From contig NW_026889761.1 in assembly GCF_033153115.1 (NCBI RefSeq), positions 8,618,001 through 8,682,000 of the forward strand: a stretch of 64,000 nucleotides of DNA, given 5' to 3'. Shown piece after piece: positions 11,977 to 25,317 of the stretch. This DNA comes from Saccostrea echinata (Eukaryota). The notes under the pieces are model-generated. The model had not been told where the DNA came from, ran no database searches, and saw only the letters and a list, made by a program, of their open reading frames with translations. Made by a program: the position numbers and the translations under genes. Position 1 is the stretch's first letter, and the number at the start of each line of letters is the position of its first letter.

Positions 11977-14900
11977 GATTTGGATCTGTAATACATGTGT
12001 GTAAATAAATAGGATGAAGTGTATGTTTTCAAATAGCCAGGCGCGGGGGAAAACATGCACCTCTTCCTTTTAAGGTATTTACTGCAAATACTTGTATAGA
12101 ACACCCTTCAAAACACGATGGCGATATTTAACTTGACTTTGAGGAATTTTAAGGCCACAGATGAAAATTATTAACTTTTTCTTCCACCGTGAACAGTGTA
12201 TCGTCCTACTAAAGCTTATCAGCTTTTTGTATGATCAAAAAAATTGCAGGACCGCGGCGCATCTTCATTTCCTGGTGGTCAGTGTTCTAATCATTGAAAG
12301 GAACTTTGTATCTTGCCTACAAATATAACTATAAACGATGGGGTTTTTTTTTATTAAGAAATAAACAGCTAGATACATCTATGTCGCATCACTTTCACGG
12401 TAATGTAACAAGATGAATGATTTTTTTTTTTTACATTGTGTGTCTGGACAATCCTAGCTTTGTACGAAGGGGCCATTAATTTCCATCATGAGGTATGAAT
12501 CCTTCCATGAAAGGGTCGAAATTCCTCTGAAAAAGAGGCCACTGTTTTATAGTTTTATATTTTATCTAGTTTAAAACGCTAGGAAATGGGACGAAACACA
12601 CATTCAATCGCAAGGAAATGCAAGATGGGCTGGATATTAAATAGATCACAGATAATAAAGACGTGTCTCATAATAGATATATAAACTATTTTAAATGCTT
12701 GCATGTTTTAATTGAAATATAAAGCTTATATATAGATTTGAAGTAAATGACCCAATACAATTTCAGGGATAATTCGGAGAGACAGGGTCTTATAATGGGG
12801 GATGGGGTAAAAAGATTGTGGTTCCCAGAGATCATTTTCCAGAGACGGAGCAAAGGGAAATAAGTCTGATCGTAGGGAACCAGAATCATGTAGTATACAT
12901 TACCCCTTCCCTCTTTCTTTTACAGATCTAAATTGGGGGGGGGGGCAAAAATTGGCGAAAAGGCTGAAGGGAAGGGGGCACGCCTCCTCGCAGTTCCTAC
13001 GGGCCTGTTTAATTTCCCTGTTCGTAAACTTGAAGATAGTTATGATAATTACATATATCAAATTTAGAGAGAAGTTCAAGAAAATAATTGTAATTAGTGC
13101 AGAACGAAATTCTACGGATATCAAGCTAATCGCACCTGTTGATGTAAGGCTTAAAGCTATCTAATTGGAATTCAGCGAATATACATGTCAAAGTAAATTT
13201 ACTATTCAGTGTGTGGTTTTTGGTGTGTAAAACACATCACGAGGCACTTCAAAGAAGTGTTAGAATAAAGTGTTAGAATATTCTGTAAGTTTCAAAGAAG
13301 TCATTCCGACAAAGAATTATGTTAATTTGATACCTTCCATTTAAATTTTGAGAAGTTACCAATATACCTGGTAAATCGCCAGGTAGGGTAAAGATAGGTA
13401 TGTCGGCGACCCTAGAATATAGTTAGAGGGATGTGTCAATATTTAATGATTATCTACCTTCCGTAGATAACCGAATCTCCATTCACATACCCGTATACAC
13501 CTTTCAGCGAGGTCATTCCGATGACCTAATTGACGGGTGGGTGAGGCCCGTTAACTTGACTGAGTTTGGAAGTCTCCTACCGAGTGTATGCTGGGTATAT
13601 CTTAATCTGTGACAAGGAATTTTTCGGAACCGTTTTTATACCTTTGGTCAAATTGATATAATTGACGTTTTTTGGAGAGGAGATTTGAATAATTGGTCAG
13701 TGTAAACTAGGTGCGATTTTCTGACACCTCCTTCTTTTTCAGATGCAGTAGTAGGCCCGAGGTTGCTGTAGTTTTAATATGTAAATTTTGATTACGATGT
13801 TGCTTGCCCCCTCCCCCCCCCCCTTTTTGTTACGGACAGACATAGGCAAAGTAGTGAAAAGGTACTGAAAAGTTAGAGAAAGCCCCCCCCCCCGACCCCC
13901 CCCCCACACACACACACTCCACCCCCTATGAAATAGGTTTTACGAATTTCGACAGTTTATCTTTGTTTTAGCTTGTCAACTTTTTTTGGAGGTTGCCCCC
14001 CCCCCCCCCTTGAAACCCCAGTCTCAGACCTGAGTAGTGTTTCCTATACTTTAGCTTGTTTGATAGGTAGCCAAGAGAATAGAAAAACATATCCATATAA
14101 CTGTCCTTTAATGGCCAAAATATTCGATTTAAAAAAAAAATAAATAAATAAACATGCATATTTTTAAAGTGACACTGTGAAGGACAAACGGGAAAATTGA
14201 CAACAGTAGAATTTTTGCATGAAACATGCAAATTTTGTTCAGTTCTTGAAGATATTAGGTTTCAGAAAATTACAGGTTTCAGAACCTAAAAAATCTAATT
14301 TAATGGAGAAAAATAAAAGTAAAAAAATCTTTGTATAACTCATCACAAAAATATTGCTTCACTTCTTCCTCTTTATTGTACGCATGCGCTGAAAAGTTGA
14401 AGAATTTACCATGATTTCAATTTCATAGATATAAATGTCGGATGACTGAGAATTTTGATACAATCTTCAAAAAAGATGATCATAACTTATTCCTTACTTA
14501 CTTCACGCTAAAAATAAAGGACGCGTGACCTTGACATTGTTGACATTGACGATAAAAACAAAGCGATAGATACAACATTTGTTTTTCCGGCACTTATATT
14601 TTGCAGTTTTTTTCTTGCTTTACAGTGCAGTTGAGTTGTCAAAACTTCGCTTTATTTATATTTCACAGAAATCTTTTGTTTTGTGATACAATTTTCTTAA
14701 AAGAAACACATGGTTTTGACTCATTATGCAACTTTAATATTTATAGAACAAGAGATTAAAGCTGACGAAGTAATTTTCCTAAGTACAGTACTTGAAAACA
14801 TTTTCTGGTATCTATGCCACCAAAACTACATATCTAGCTAGATACTTGTCAATGTCTGACATTTTTGTACCCGTTATAAAAAGAATGCTGAAAATCTATA

Positions 14901-17027
14901 TCGCAATAAGATCTTTAAATGATTCATTCCTTTCTTGAAAAATGAAGGCAGACGTGTTACATAATATGCATGTGCTTGATTTATGGTCTGATTAATAGAG
15001 CAAAGAGGGAAGGTTTTTGTCCAATTCAATGCTTATTAAGAGTCTCGGGAAGTTTATTTTTTAGGGACATTATATGTATGTGCAGTTTGACAATGTGTTT
15101 TTTAATGAATTGTGTTATCTAGCTATGTCATAAAAGTGATTGAAATAAAATACTGACGGCCATGGAAACGATATTTTAAAATTATACAATTTCGAAATTA
15201 ATTGCAAATCAGTCAAGATAAATAATATGATCAATTCTTCTATACATAACATATCTCTGAATATCTTTGTATTCAGTATGTAATTTATGTATATGGCCTG
15301 GAACCAATAGCCTGTAGCCTTTTGTTTCTTTATGGATTTCTCCGCAGTAGCATGCATGCAGCCCATGTAGTCCATAAAACTTGTACTGCGCCAGAATGTT
15401 TTTTTCCCCTGCATTTTGTTCCTGTAAGAGCTTCTGCCTGGGATAAGTCTTAGAGTGCCGGTTAATGCTCGAAAAACATAGCTTTTGCAAAACAAATAGT
15501 ATTCCATCTGGATTTCGTTCCAAAAGAAACGATCTTGTATTTCTTACTTATCCATATAATTGTCCTTTAATGGACAAAATATTCTATTTAATAAATAAAT
15601 AAATAAATAAACATGTTAATCAAATGAAAAAATATACTGTATTTTCAAGCAATTCCTTTCATTAATAGTTCTTCTAGCTTTTCGTGAACACTTTTCTCTC
15701 GGCGTAAAATGTTTAGCGCAGTACTGCATGTCTCTAGCTGTGTGCTTTATCTACAAGTAGAGGTTGGCCATTATGATGAAAAATTAAAAAAAAAAAGCAC
15801 TATAAATGTTTAAAAGAAACTTTTAACTATACCTTCAATCCTTCCATGAAATTAAATATATTAAAATCGTTCTCAAAAGCAGTACCACCAAGACAGTGCA
15901 GTCCAGGCCTGACACTAATTTCTGTTGCCATTTCCCGTGCTTTGGAAACGCAAACATGTAACAAATTGTGACGCTTGCTTATTATGACGCATATTGTACA
16001 TTGTGATGTTCAAATATTATGACGTCATGATACTACATATACCATGTATGATTACGCTATTCGGTAATCTACATGAAATTGTGCATGTAGAAACACCATA
16101 ATGACGACCAAATACATTTAGAAAGAACAAAATTATATTTAACTATATTCTATTCTGTATCTTTCTGTAAAAGAAAAACTCCTCAAACCCTAAAACCTGC
16201 CACGGAGAGGGAAGTACCAGTTCTCGTGGACTAGCCGCTTTTCTTCACCTGTTATATGCCTGTTTTAGATTAATATGCACACCTGAAAACGATATTGTGT
16301 TTAATTAACAATTTTTATTTTTATTTTATTTTACACGTGTAATGATTAGTTAAATTAAGAGGATTGATTAACATGCAATTCTAACGCATACTTTATATGT
16401 AATAAAGACACAGAAAGGGACCTTGGGCCTATACTAGTATTTAAGAAGTGTCCCAGTTTGAGTTTTTCTGAACTTACATAATTTTTTAATAAAATGATCT
16501 TATATAAAAATTGTCATTTAATACGACGAATTCTCTTGTACCCGCGAGGTTTGCTTAGAATTAAAACTTAATCCATTTTCATCGTAAACATGAAGGGAAA
16601 GTATCTTGAGAGAGGGAGAGGGGGGAAGAAAGTGAATCAGAACATCTTAAAATCATTTCCTATTGTTTAAAGCCAACGAACTCACGAAAGTGCTTTCTCC
16701 GAATGCACGTTTTTAATTTTAAATCTAAATCCAAAGGGTGTTCGACAGGAGATTGACCTATGTTGCCGAAGATTTATCAATATAAAACACAGCAGTTTTG
16801 ATTTCACTTCATGTACTTTAGCAAGATCAAAGATGAATGCACTGCTTTTAGAGGAAAACTTAAAAAAAACAATTTGACCTGAGCTGAGAAGATATTTTAT
16901 TGTCAGTTTCAAGTCAATGAGATTGTAAGTTTCAGCGTTTCTTTACACTGGACGTAGACAAAAATTCAGACAAAAAAAATATTAAACATTTTTTTGCTGT
17001 TTGTAAAATCCCACTTATAAACAAGAA

Positions 17028-17054
17028 CACGTGACTAAACACCATGCGCATGCG
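17028..17054 (+). promoter_or_regulatory. Putative CLIC promoter: E-box CACGTGAC and NRF1-type motif TGCGCATGCG
   Basis: CACGTGAC 17028-17035 and TGCGCATGCG 17045-17054, ~100 bp upstream of the ATG in a locally CpG-rich patch. Confidence 0.5.
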
Positions 17055-17149
17055 TGCGTTAATCAGTGAAATTCTGGGCGAGGCAGTTCGTCAAAGGGAG
17101 GACAAATTGCTGAACTTTTCTTCGTGAATTCCAGCAAAAAATCGTCAAA

Positions 17150-19283
17150 ATGAGTGACGAAAAACCATTTTATGAGCCTGAAGATGCTGAGGAGGACACA
17201 AAACCCAAATTTGAACTGTACATTAAGGTTTGTTGATGTTTTTGCACGAAACAATTGCCCTTTCATTTCGCATTTTCGGCTTTGCGCCCAATTTATTCAT
17301 TTGTTGACGGCGTCAGTTGGACGTTCCGTTATGTTCTACATTTGACTGGTTAAGAATGGACTTTTGAAAAGGTGCAGTTGAAATATGTATACATTTTTCT
17401 GCACGGAATATTAAAATCGTAAAACGTATTTTTTTAAAATCAGGACTTGAAGATTGATCTCCCTTTGTGCAAACACATATGGCCATTTTAATCAAAATCG
17501 GGCTGTTGTGCTTTAATTCGATATTTTATACCCTTAAAATTTTCAAAATATAACGTTTTATGAGCAATACCGGGGGTTCTTTATGTAAACACCAACAGAT
17601 CAGTCAGTATAAAAGTATTGTAATTGATAGTGATTGTTAACTACCCAGAGACATATAAACCTATGGTTTTATATGTCTCTGAAATAACATATAGTCAGAT
17701 TTGAGATGCTACTCAAGAAGTGCATTTATTTAATATAATTTTTGAGTTCTTACTGCCTATAACATAGATAAAGTTATACTGTATTATTAAAAAACAAGTT
17801 TCAGACTTTAATGATGTGCAGTTTTTAATTTGTCGTAAAATAATATACACAGTGTTCATATCATTTTTTCAGCTTTACTTTCTTGTAAACTTTTGTGTTT
17901 AGCTAACCTATTTTGAAATGATGATTATCAAAGCTGTGCATGGAGTGCAGAGCCTGCATTCTGTTGAAGGTGTTCATGAGAATTCCCATTTTCTCTTTAC
18001 ACAGGCTTCAAGCATTGATGGAGAAATGAAAGGATCTTGTCCAATCTGCCAACAGTGGTTCATGATTGCCTATCTCTTGGCTGAACAGAAGAATGCAAGC
18101 TTTAAAGTTTTCACAGTTCAGGCAAATAACCCACCTCAGACATTCAAAGACAAGGTCCAAAGCAAAATATTTCCAGTAGTGATTGGAACAAGTGGGCAGA
18201 ATGTCAATGGCCAGGATATAACTGGCATCGTGTATGACAATTATGATGATGTGGAAAAATTCTTTGAGAGTATAAATTTTAACTGCCCTAAACTGAAGAG
18301 AACGCAACAGGCCAATATTGCTAGTCTGAAAATATTTGAGGATTTATATAAGGTAGGAGGCATTTGAATACTTTTTCTGTCCACAGATTTACAGTGGAAA
18401 GTTTGTATACTGCAAATTTATTTATTTAAAAAATTGGTACCCTAGACAAATTTAATAATTTTCTTTTCCTTTTGCCAGAATTTCAACTTATTCTTACAAA
18501 ACCCTAGTTCTGATGGGAAGAAGCTACTGCACGACCTTAGGAATTTGAATAGTCATTTGGAGATGAACGAGACCCCATTCTTGACAGGATCAACCCTGGC
18601 TTATGCTGACTGCGTTTTACTGCCAAAACTACAGCACATACGGATGGCGGGAGAGGCAAGTGTTTTAGTAATAACACAATGGAGTTGGTGATTGTTTAAT
18701 AAGCATTTTTAATGGTTATGTTCTGGAAGTAAAATCTGATAGAGGGTGGATTTGAAACTGAAAGTAATTTTTTTCTGTGTAAAGTGTCATAGATTATTTA
18801 AGCTAAAAAAATCTGCCATTGGATAAAAAATTTGCAGCTCCACATGTTAACAAAAACTGTTGCCTTATTAAAATGGCATGTTGAAGAAGTATTCTACTTT
18901 TAAATTATATATGCTTAGAAAGTAATGAATGAGAAATATGAAAAAAAAAATTTCAGAAGAAAAATAGGTTCATTAACATACTAAGACATTTATCTGTTGT
19001 TCTACAGCAATACAGGGACTTTAAAATCCCAGAAGAGTTGACCGCCATTTGGGATTACCTGGAACGTGGATACCAGACCACAGCATTCAGTGCCACTCTT
19101 CCTTCAGATCAGGACATCGTCAAACACTACGAGATGAGGGCTGCTGGGAAAGGCATCAAGGGACGACCCACATTACAGAAACAGACATATACAATGACTG
19201 TCCCAAAACGTGTACCCACAACAACAGTCAATGGGGGTGGGGAAGGAGAGGGATCTAATGGTATGGATGATGGCGGGGAATAA
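17150..19283 (+). CDS. CLIC: Chloride intracellular channel (CLIC) family protein, GST-like fold, ~292 aa, 4 exons
   Basis: Exons 17150-17227, 18005-18352, 18479-18655 (GC donor), 19008-19283, all phase 0. Motifs FELYIKASSIDG..GSCPICQQWFM, FLTGSTLAYADCVLLPKLQHIR, YRDFKIPEELTAIWDYL, F..TLPSDQDI are typical of CLICs. AATAAA at 20604. Confidence 0.92.
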
Positions 19284-22024
19284 AGGAAATGTTGTACTGC
19301 TTATGTGATATAGAACATGTATATCTGCATGGTGCATTAATTATTATGGATGGTTTCAAACTTCTAGCCTTATGCAAGTTGGAGTTGGTGACAGGGATGT
19401 GCTAGATGTTTGGGACGTTCCCTTATATATGATGCAAAACAAAAAGATAAACTGACCAATCAGGAAGCTTTTGCATGTAAAGCCATTCCTGGGGAATATG
19501 TGGCACATTTAAAAATAATTGTGTTGTGTTTAAGAACAGAAAAAGAATTTTATTTATATTTTTGCTATAAATTCACATTTATGCATCATGATTGTGCATT
19601 TTTGTAACACAGGTTGAATTTGTTTGCTTTTATTAGCAAAAAAAAATATATGTATACTGTAAAATTGATTTTATTATTTTTAATGGGACACTTTCCTGCA
19701 TAGTGAGGTGTATATTTTTATGTTGAAATTTGTTGGGTGGTCAATGCAAGGCAGTTATGAATATTCTGTTAAGTTTGTCAGCTACGTTATTATTATTTAC
19801 TCTGCAATGTTGTATGATTTTTTTTTTTTGCTTGTCTTTGTCAACTTCTGGTCATTTTTTTTTTTAAATATCCTGTAAAGTTAATAATCTATCATAATTA
19901 TGACATTTATTGACTTTGTTCCTTATCTATAACCTCTTACTTGTAATTTAAATCATGTTAATCTAGAATATTTTTATGAAGTTAATACGTAGTCAAACTT
20001 GAAACATATCCAATCATTGTGCCTTTTCGTTGATTTATAGCACAGAGCTGCATCACCAAAGATTTATGTATACCTCTTATATAAAACGCTAGGATTGATA
20101 TCGCAAACTATTATTAATATTGTTATAATTACAGTATGAATTTTTTTTTCCATTTTTGTCACAAAAATGTATAAACTCTTGCAAACTTGCCATAGACCTT
20201 TTTAACGGTTGATGTATTTAGTTATTTAATCGACTTGTACACCTCAATAACAGTTTTTGAAATGAATCCAATCATATCCATGTAAAGGTGACTAATTTCA
20301 GTTCAACAATGATTGTATGACTATGATTTTTAAAAAAAAGGACAAATCTTTATATAAAAATGTTCAGCATCAAGACAAGAGACTTCTGGCTGTTCAAAAG
20401 GGGAAAAAAATCTGCAAGATGCCTTGATTTGACCTTGCAGATTTTGTCCTTGACGAGTGGCCAGGGTCATCTTAGTTTATAATAAGAACAAGTTCTAGTC
20501 TGCTGAACAGAAATTAATAAATTAATCGGCAAAGAATTGTATGACTATTGTAAATGATTTTGTGTGCTTCGTACATATTGTTAATACATGTATACAAGGT
20601 TATAATAAATGTATTATACAGACTCAGCTGTTCTGTTTTGTTTGAACAGAGTTTAGATTTCTTCATTGAGGAAGAAACAGTGTACTAGTTGGGACAAAAT
20701 GATATCATAATGAAATTCAAATTTTTACAATACATTTTATAAATAGTACTCTCAGTATTCTCTTGCTCAGATTTAGAGGAGTTGATCACTTCTAGAGAGC
20801 TTCTACACCACTTCTAGAAACCAAATGCGGTCCCACGCTGTGCCATGAATTTTAGGTACTCGCTCTTAAATCAGTGAAGTACATTTTCAATTGCTTTCTT
20901 TCTAGTTGCCTTGTTGAACATGACCTTGAGGGACTATGACCAAATTTGATTCTGGTTAGTGGAAACATTCATTCCTGGAAGTTGTAGCATTAAGAACTAA
21001 AGTGTATGATGATTTTAAAGTAAATATCTTTGGCAAAAACCATTTGGTAGTATGAGTGAATAAAAAAATCGAACTTTTCATTAACAAGTGGTATGAAGTT
21101 GTTAATCTAGAAATGTGAGAATTCCTGCATATGATTTGTTGGTTACATAATTGTTTTGAGTGTATTGTGATTTCCTTCAATACCCAGCAATGTAAACCAC
21201 CAATCAAATTTAGCTTAGTCAACATGTACTGGATAGTTTATTTAGAAAATGGGGTGGTTTTATTTTTAAAACAGTCTTCACAAATTCCAGACTTTATGCT
21301 GGGAGAGTCAATGAACTTTCCTCATCTTGACAGCTCTGAATTGGAATATTTTGTATCTTTATCTATAAAAACCTCGCCTTTTGCAGTCTCAATACAATCA
21401 TCTTTAATTAAACATTCTTCTAATCATTCAGACTGAGAAATGAATACAAAGTATCAACATCCCAGTATTAATTATTTAATTAATGCTTAGATTTCTATCT
21501 GCGACCTTGTTGAATAATTTTCCATACCCATTCCTGGCATCTTTTCTGGTTAAGGAAACATCTGGATTCGTTTGTGAAAAAAAACATATAGGCCTATTCA
21601 TTTAGTGTTGTCATAAAGTAGCACTGAGAGAGGATAAACAGATACTGCAGACAAGGATATTTGTCAACCTTTGTTTGATCGTCTGAACCTTGTTCTCTGT
21701 TTGAAATTTCCTGTCCAAATGTAAAACTGCATCAAATCATGGACTGGTGGGAGGGGGCTTTAAGTTGTTGACATTAATCTCTCTCTCTCTATATATATAT
21801 ATATATCTGTATTTTAAAAGATAAACTTTTTATTTTATTTGTCTTAAATTCATCTTTAATGATGAAAAATCACCTACACAACAGAAAATGTAAAATGTAA
21901 CTAAAAAGTTGGTAGAAAATAAATGTTAAAATACATATTTAATATATACATTGTATATAATATATGTCTGTCACAAATTTGATATCACAGAATAACTTGG
22001 GTGCACATATGTCGATTGATGAGG

Positions 22025-25000
22025 CTATTTTCCCTTTTCTTTAAAATAATCCGCTGAAAAGAAGTGAATTATGGATCAGTATGATATGGGAGATAACTCA
22101 ATATTTGATAGTTTTATAGGAAATAATCTATTTCACCAACATTAGGGGAAAAAAAATTTCAGAAAACGTCTAAAATATTAAAATGAGGTATTATAATTCA
22201 AAATATTTGTCAAAGATTCTAATATCTATTAACTAAATAAAGAAAAGCATCAGAGCTTGAGAATGTTACCTAGTTTTTCTACTGCTTCAACACAAACACT
22301 TGGGAACATATTTTCTGTGTATGTGGCTACTATAAGCATAGACTGTGTCTTCACAAGGATCAATCCTCGCTTATCCTGAAATGTCAATCATCATTATATA
22401 AATACTGCATGTAGTTGAGGGTTAAACACTGAAAATTTTCACCCCAAGAAAATCTTGGACTGCACCTCAGTTGATTATGGGTTTCTTGGGTGAAAATTTT
22501 CAGTGTTACCCTTATCTATATGCAGTATTATATTTTGTTATAAACTAATAAAAGTCTAACATTTCCAATGTTTTACTGAGCGGGCATAAAAAAATTGATG
22601 TTTGACCGCGGAGTGAGATATTGGACCTGTTGATGAGATGTTGGACCGCTTACGTCACATAATGGGCGGAGTCAGCTAAATCTCATTTGCATTCGTTGGT
22701 GTTCGACATACATGTATGTCAAAAAAAAATAATAAAAAAAATAAATAAAAGGTATAACAAAACATTTATTGACTGTTTTCCCGGGCAAAATGCGTTTTGT
22801 CGACCCCTAACAGCCTCAGGCAAACAGTTTGGTTCTTGGGTCTGACAAAAGGCATGTTGCCCTCGAACCCAGTCAATAAATGTATAACACTGAATGTCTT
22901 ATACAAATACAAATAATTTTGCTGTTCCTGAAGGGCAATTTCTTCAATTTTTCTCTTTTTTTTTTCTTTTTTTAAAATTTTTTTTTATTTAATTCTGTCC
23001 AACATACAATTTATGAAACTAAAACTACAGGTAAACTTCGTTATCTCGACATCGATGGGACCATCGGAAAATGTCGAGATATCCGAGGTGTCGAGATATC
23101 AGAGATGAGACTTGACGTCCATGATTTCATTGCATAGCAAAACAGACAAGCTTATTATATGTACATGACTTTAATATAGACTGTAGCTCAACATATTTCA
23201 GAATTCCCTCTATTTCTATTAAAAATCTAAGAAGTTATTTTAAAAATCTTGTTTATAAAACGTGTTCCTTATCGAAATCTTTCTAAATTCACAAAGTTTC
23301 AGCACAAAGTTACAGCATTGAGCTGCATTCGAGTGTAACTTGCCTTTTCGTCAGAACAGGATACGAAATGCGCTCTATAAACTTCGAACCGTATAAAGTC
23401 GACATCCGATATACGGTAAAAAAAAAATAAATAAATGCGGATTATTTTTTTCTTATTTCATTCAGAAAGAATGTACAATAAAATTAATTTTTTTAAAGAG
23501 ATTTGTGTATCTAAACTAACGTAGTGATGTTACGGATGCACGAATTACGACTGATTCTGTCAATCGTGTCGTTAATTGGATTGTTTCCTGTTGAATACAT
23601 TTTAACTACAAAATATCATTAAAACTTTTTTTTTAATTCCTTAGTATGAATTTTCAGTGTGTTTTTGTTATTCATTGTAATTTAGTTATCTTTTTCAAAT
23701 TTAAAAGTTATGTTACGTTTCGATATAAATAACATTCTGTACATTTACGCAGAATCGTGTAGATTTAGCAAGGATATTAGCCAAGCTCAATTAACTTCTC
23801 AAAGACGCCGAAGGGGCTTGGGATTCACCTACAAACACAGTCTATAAAATTAATTATCAAAACATGGGTGTGAAACTTTGACGACGTCGAGATACCCAGA
23901 GTTGTCCGTGCGTGACGAGCGACCCTGTCTAACAAACAGTTAGGTTCAGTAGAGCAGAAAATTGCCGATGTCGACATATGCCAGGTAAATTTTGCTCTTG
24001 GGACTGTGAATATACGTCGAGATAACCCGGGTTGTCGACATTACCGAGGTCGACATATCAGAGTTTTTGCAAATCATTTATATAGTAAATACTGCCGGGA
24101 CCGCGGAAGGATGTCGACATATCCCAGGTTGTCGACATATCCGATGTCGAGATACCGAAGTTTACCTGTAGTTTAAAGTTGCCATACTGTCAGAAAAAGG
24201 CAATAAATATTTATGTCAAGTTCAAGGTTTTAATGGCCTGAAGGAAAATAAAATTGATTTAAGTTGAAGTACATGTTCATTTGCATAGATCTTTTTTTTT
24301 TTTTTTACATCAATACAATTTATATAGCCTTAAGGATGAAGTTATTTAAACAATAAAAAGTGTTTTCTTTGTTATATGAGGTTGAATGGTTGCATCAGTT
24401 TTTTCTGCAATGATTGCAACAATGCATCCCCTTATATAAACAAAGAAAGAAAGCATTTTATTGTTTGTATTTATATCTGTATGGATTATTCATAAAAAGT
24501 GGGTGAAAGTATGTAAAATATTGTATTCTCAATCCCTGCATTACGTTGATGGAATAAACAAGAAATTTTTTTCATACAGATGGCTTTAAAAAATCTGGAT
24601 CTAACTAGGGTAGAAGTTAATTGTTTTTATATACAAGTTTTTATAAGAAATAAAGGAGAAAGTATTTAGTGGATGTAAATGTATGCATGTAAACAAATAC
24701 TGACTGTTATTTTAATACAAGTACATTTCAGTTTTCTCTCTGGAGTAAAACAGTAACTTACACATTTTCCGTATATGGAGTTTTTGTCAGCACGAACACA
24801 TTTGTATTGCTGGTCATCAAAATAAAGGCCCTCCTCCCGAGTCTGGGGAGGGTTTTTGAAGGCATCTAATAACATCTGGACTTGGTCATGGTGGAGCTAT
24901 ATAAAAGAAATTTGTTTGATTTAGAGATGTTCATGCTCTAAATAATTAACTTTTTTCCAACTTCTGACAATGGTTAAATTCTATATCTTAACCTTTTTTA

Positions 25001-25317
25001 TCACTCTGCCAGAAAATATTTTTAAAGTGCATATGGTAGTGGTCTTCTGACTGCTCAGGTTTCAAAAGTAAACACACGAATCCTAAACATCTTAAATTAC
25101 TATGAGACTTTATCATTACCAAAAAGCGGACCATGAACAAAGCTCGGACAACCACTAAGTGGCTTAACAAATATATATCTTGTAGTATGTTTATACTTAC
25201 ATTAAATCCTACAGAGCTTGCTCTAACATTGCAATCCTTCCGTCGAATGATGGCACAGTGATGTACGTGGTCCGTTGCTATCAACGAGTCATGTAAAAGA
25301 TTCTGCAACTGGTTCAT
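22025..25317 (-). CDS. PFN4: Profilin-4 homolog, 128 aa, 4 coding exons
   Basis: Exons 25317-25201, 24896-24762, 22375-22270, 22053-22025 (TAG), phase-consistent GT-AG. MNQLQNLLHDSL..., [63 protein letters not shown] closely follow recalled human PFN4. A splice acceptor at 25329/25330 implies an upstream non-coding exon. Confidence 0.92.
22397..22888. mobile_element. Element bounded by two different long palindromes (hairpin-ended), family unassigned
   Basis: Hairpin 1 22401-22529 with perfect 20 bp arms (22425-22444 / 22488-22507); hairpin 2 22762-22883 with perfect 14 bp outer arms ACATTTATTGACTG / CAGTCAATAAATGT. Confidence 0.6.
23028..24168. mobile_element. Non-autonomous Tc1/mariner (pogo/Tigger-like) DNA transposon, 1141 bp
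   Basis: TIRs CAGGTAAACTTCGTTATCTCGACATCG / CGATGTCGAGATACCGAAGTTTACCTG, TA duplication on both sides, many subterminal GTCGA(G/C)ATA repeats, no ORF. Confidence 0.9.

Noticed and set aside
11506-12104. Five overlapping ORFs
   Set aside because: Chance frames in GC-richer SINE and MITE sequence.
12880-14030. Poly-C/G-rich segments with CAGGCCCGTAG-like ends (hAT-type MITE relics)
   Set aside because: Could not pair termini or find target duplications.
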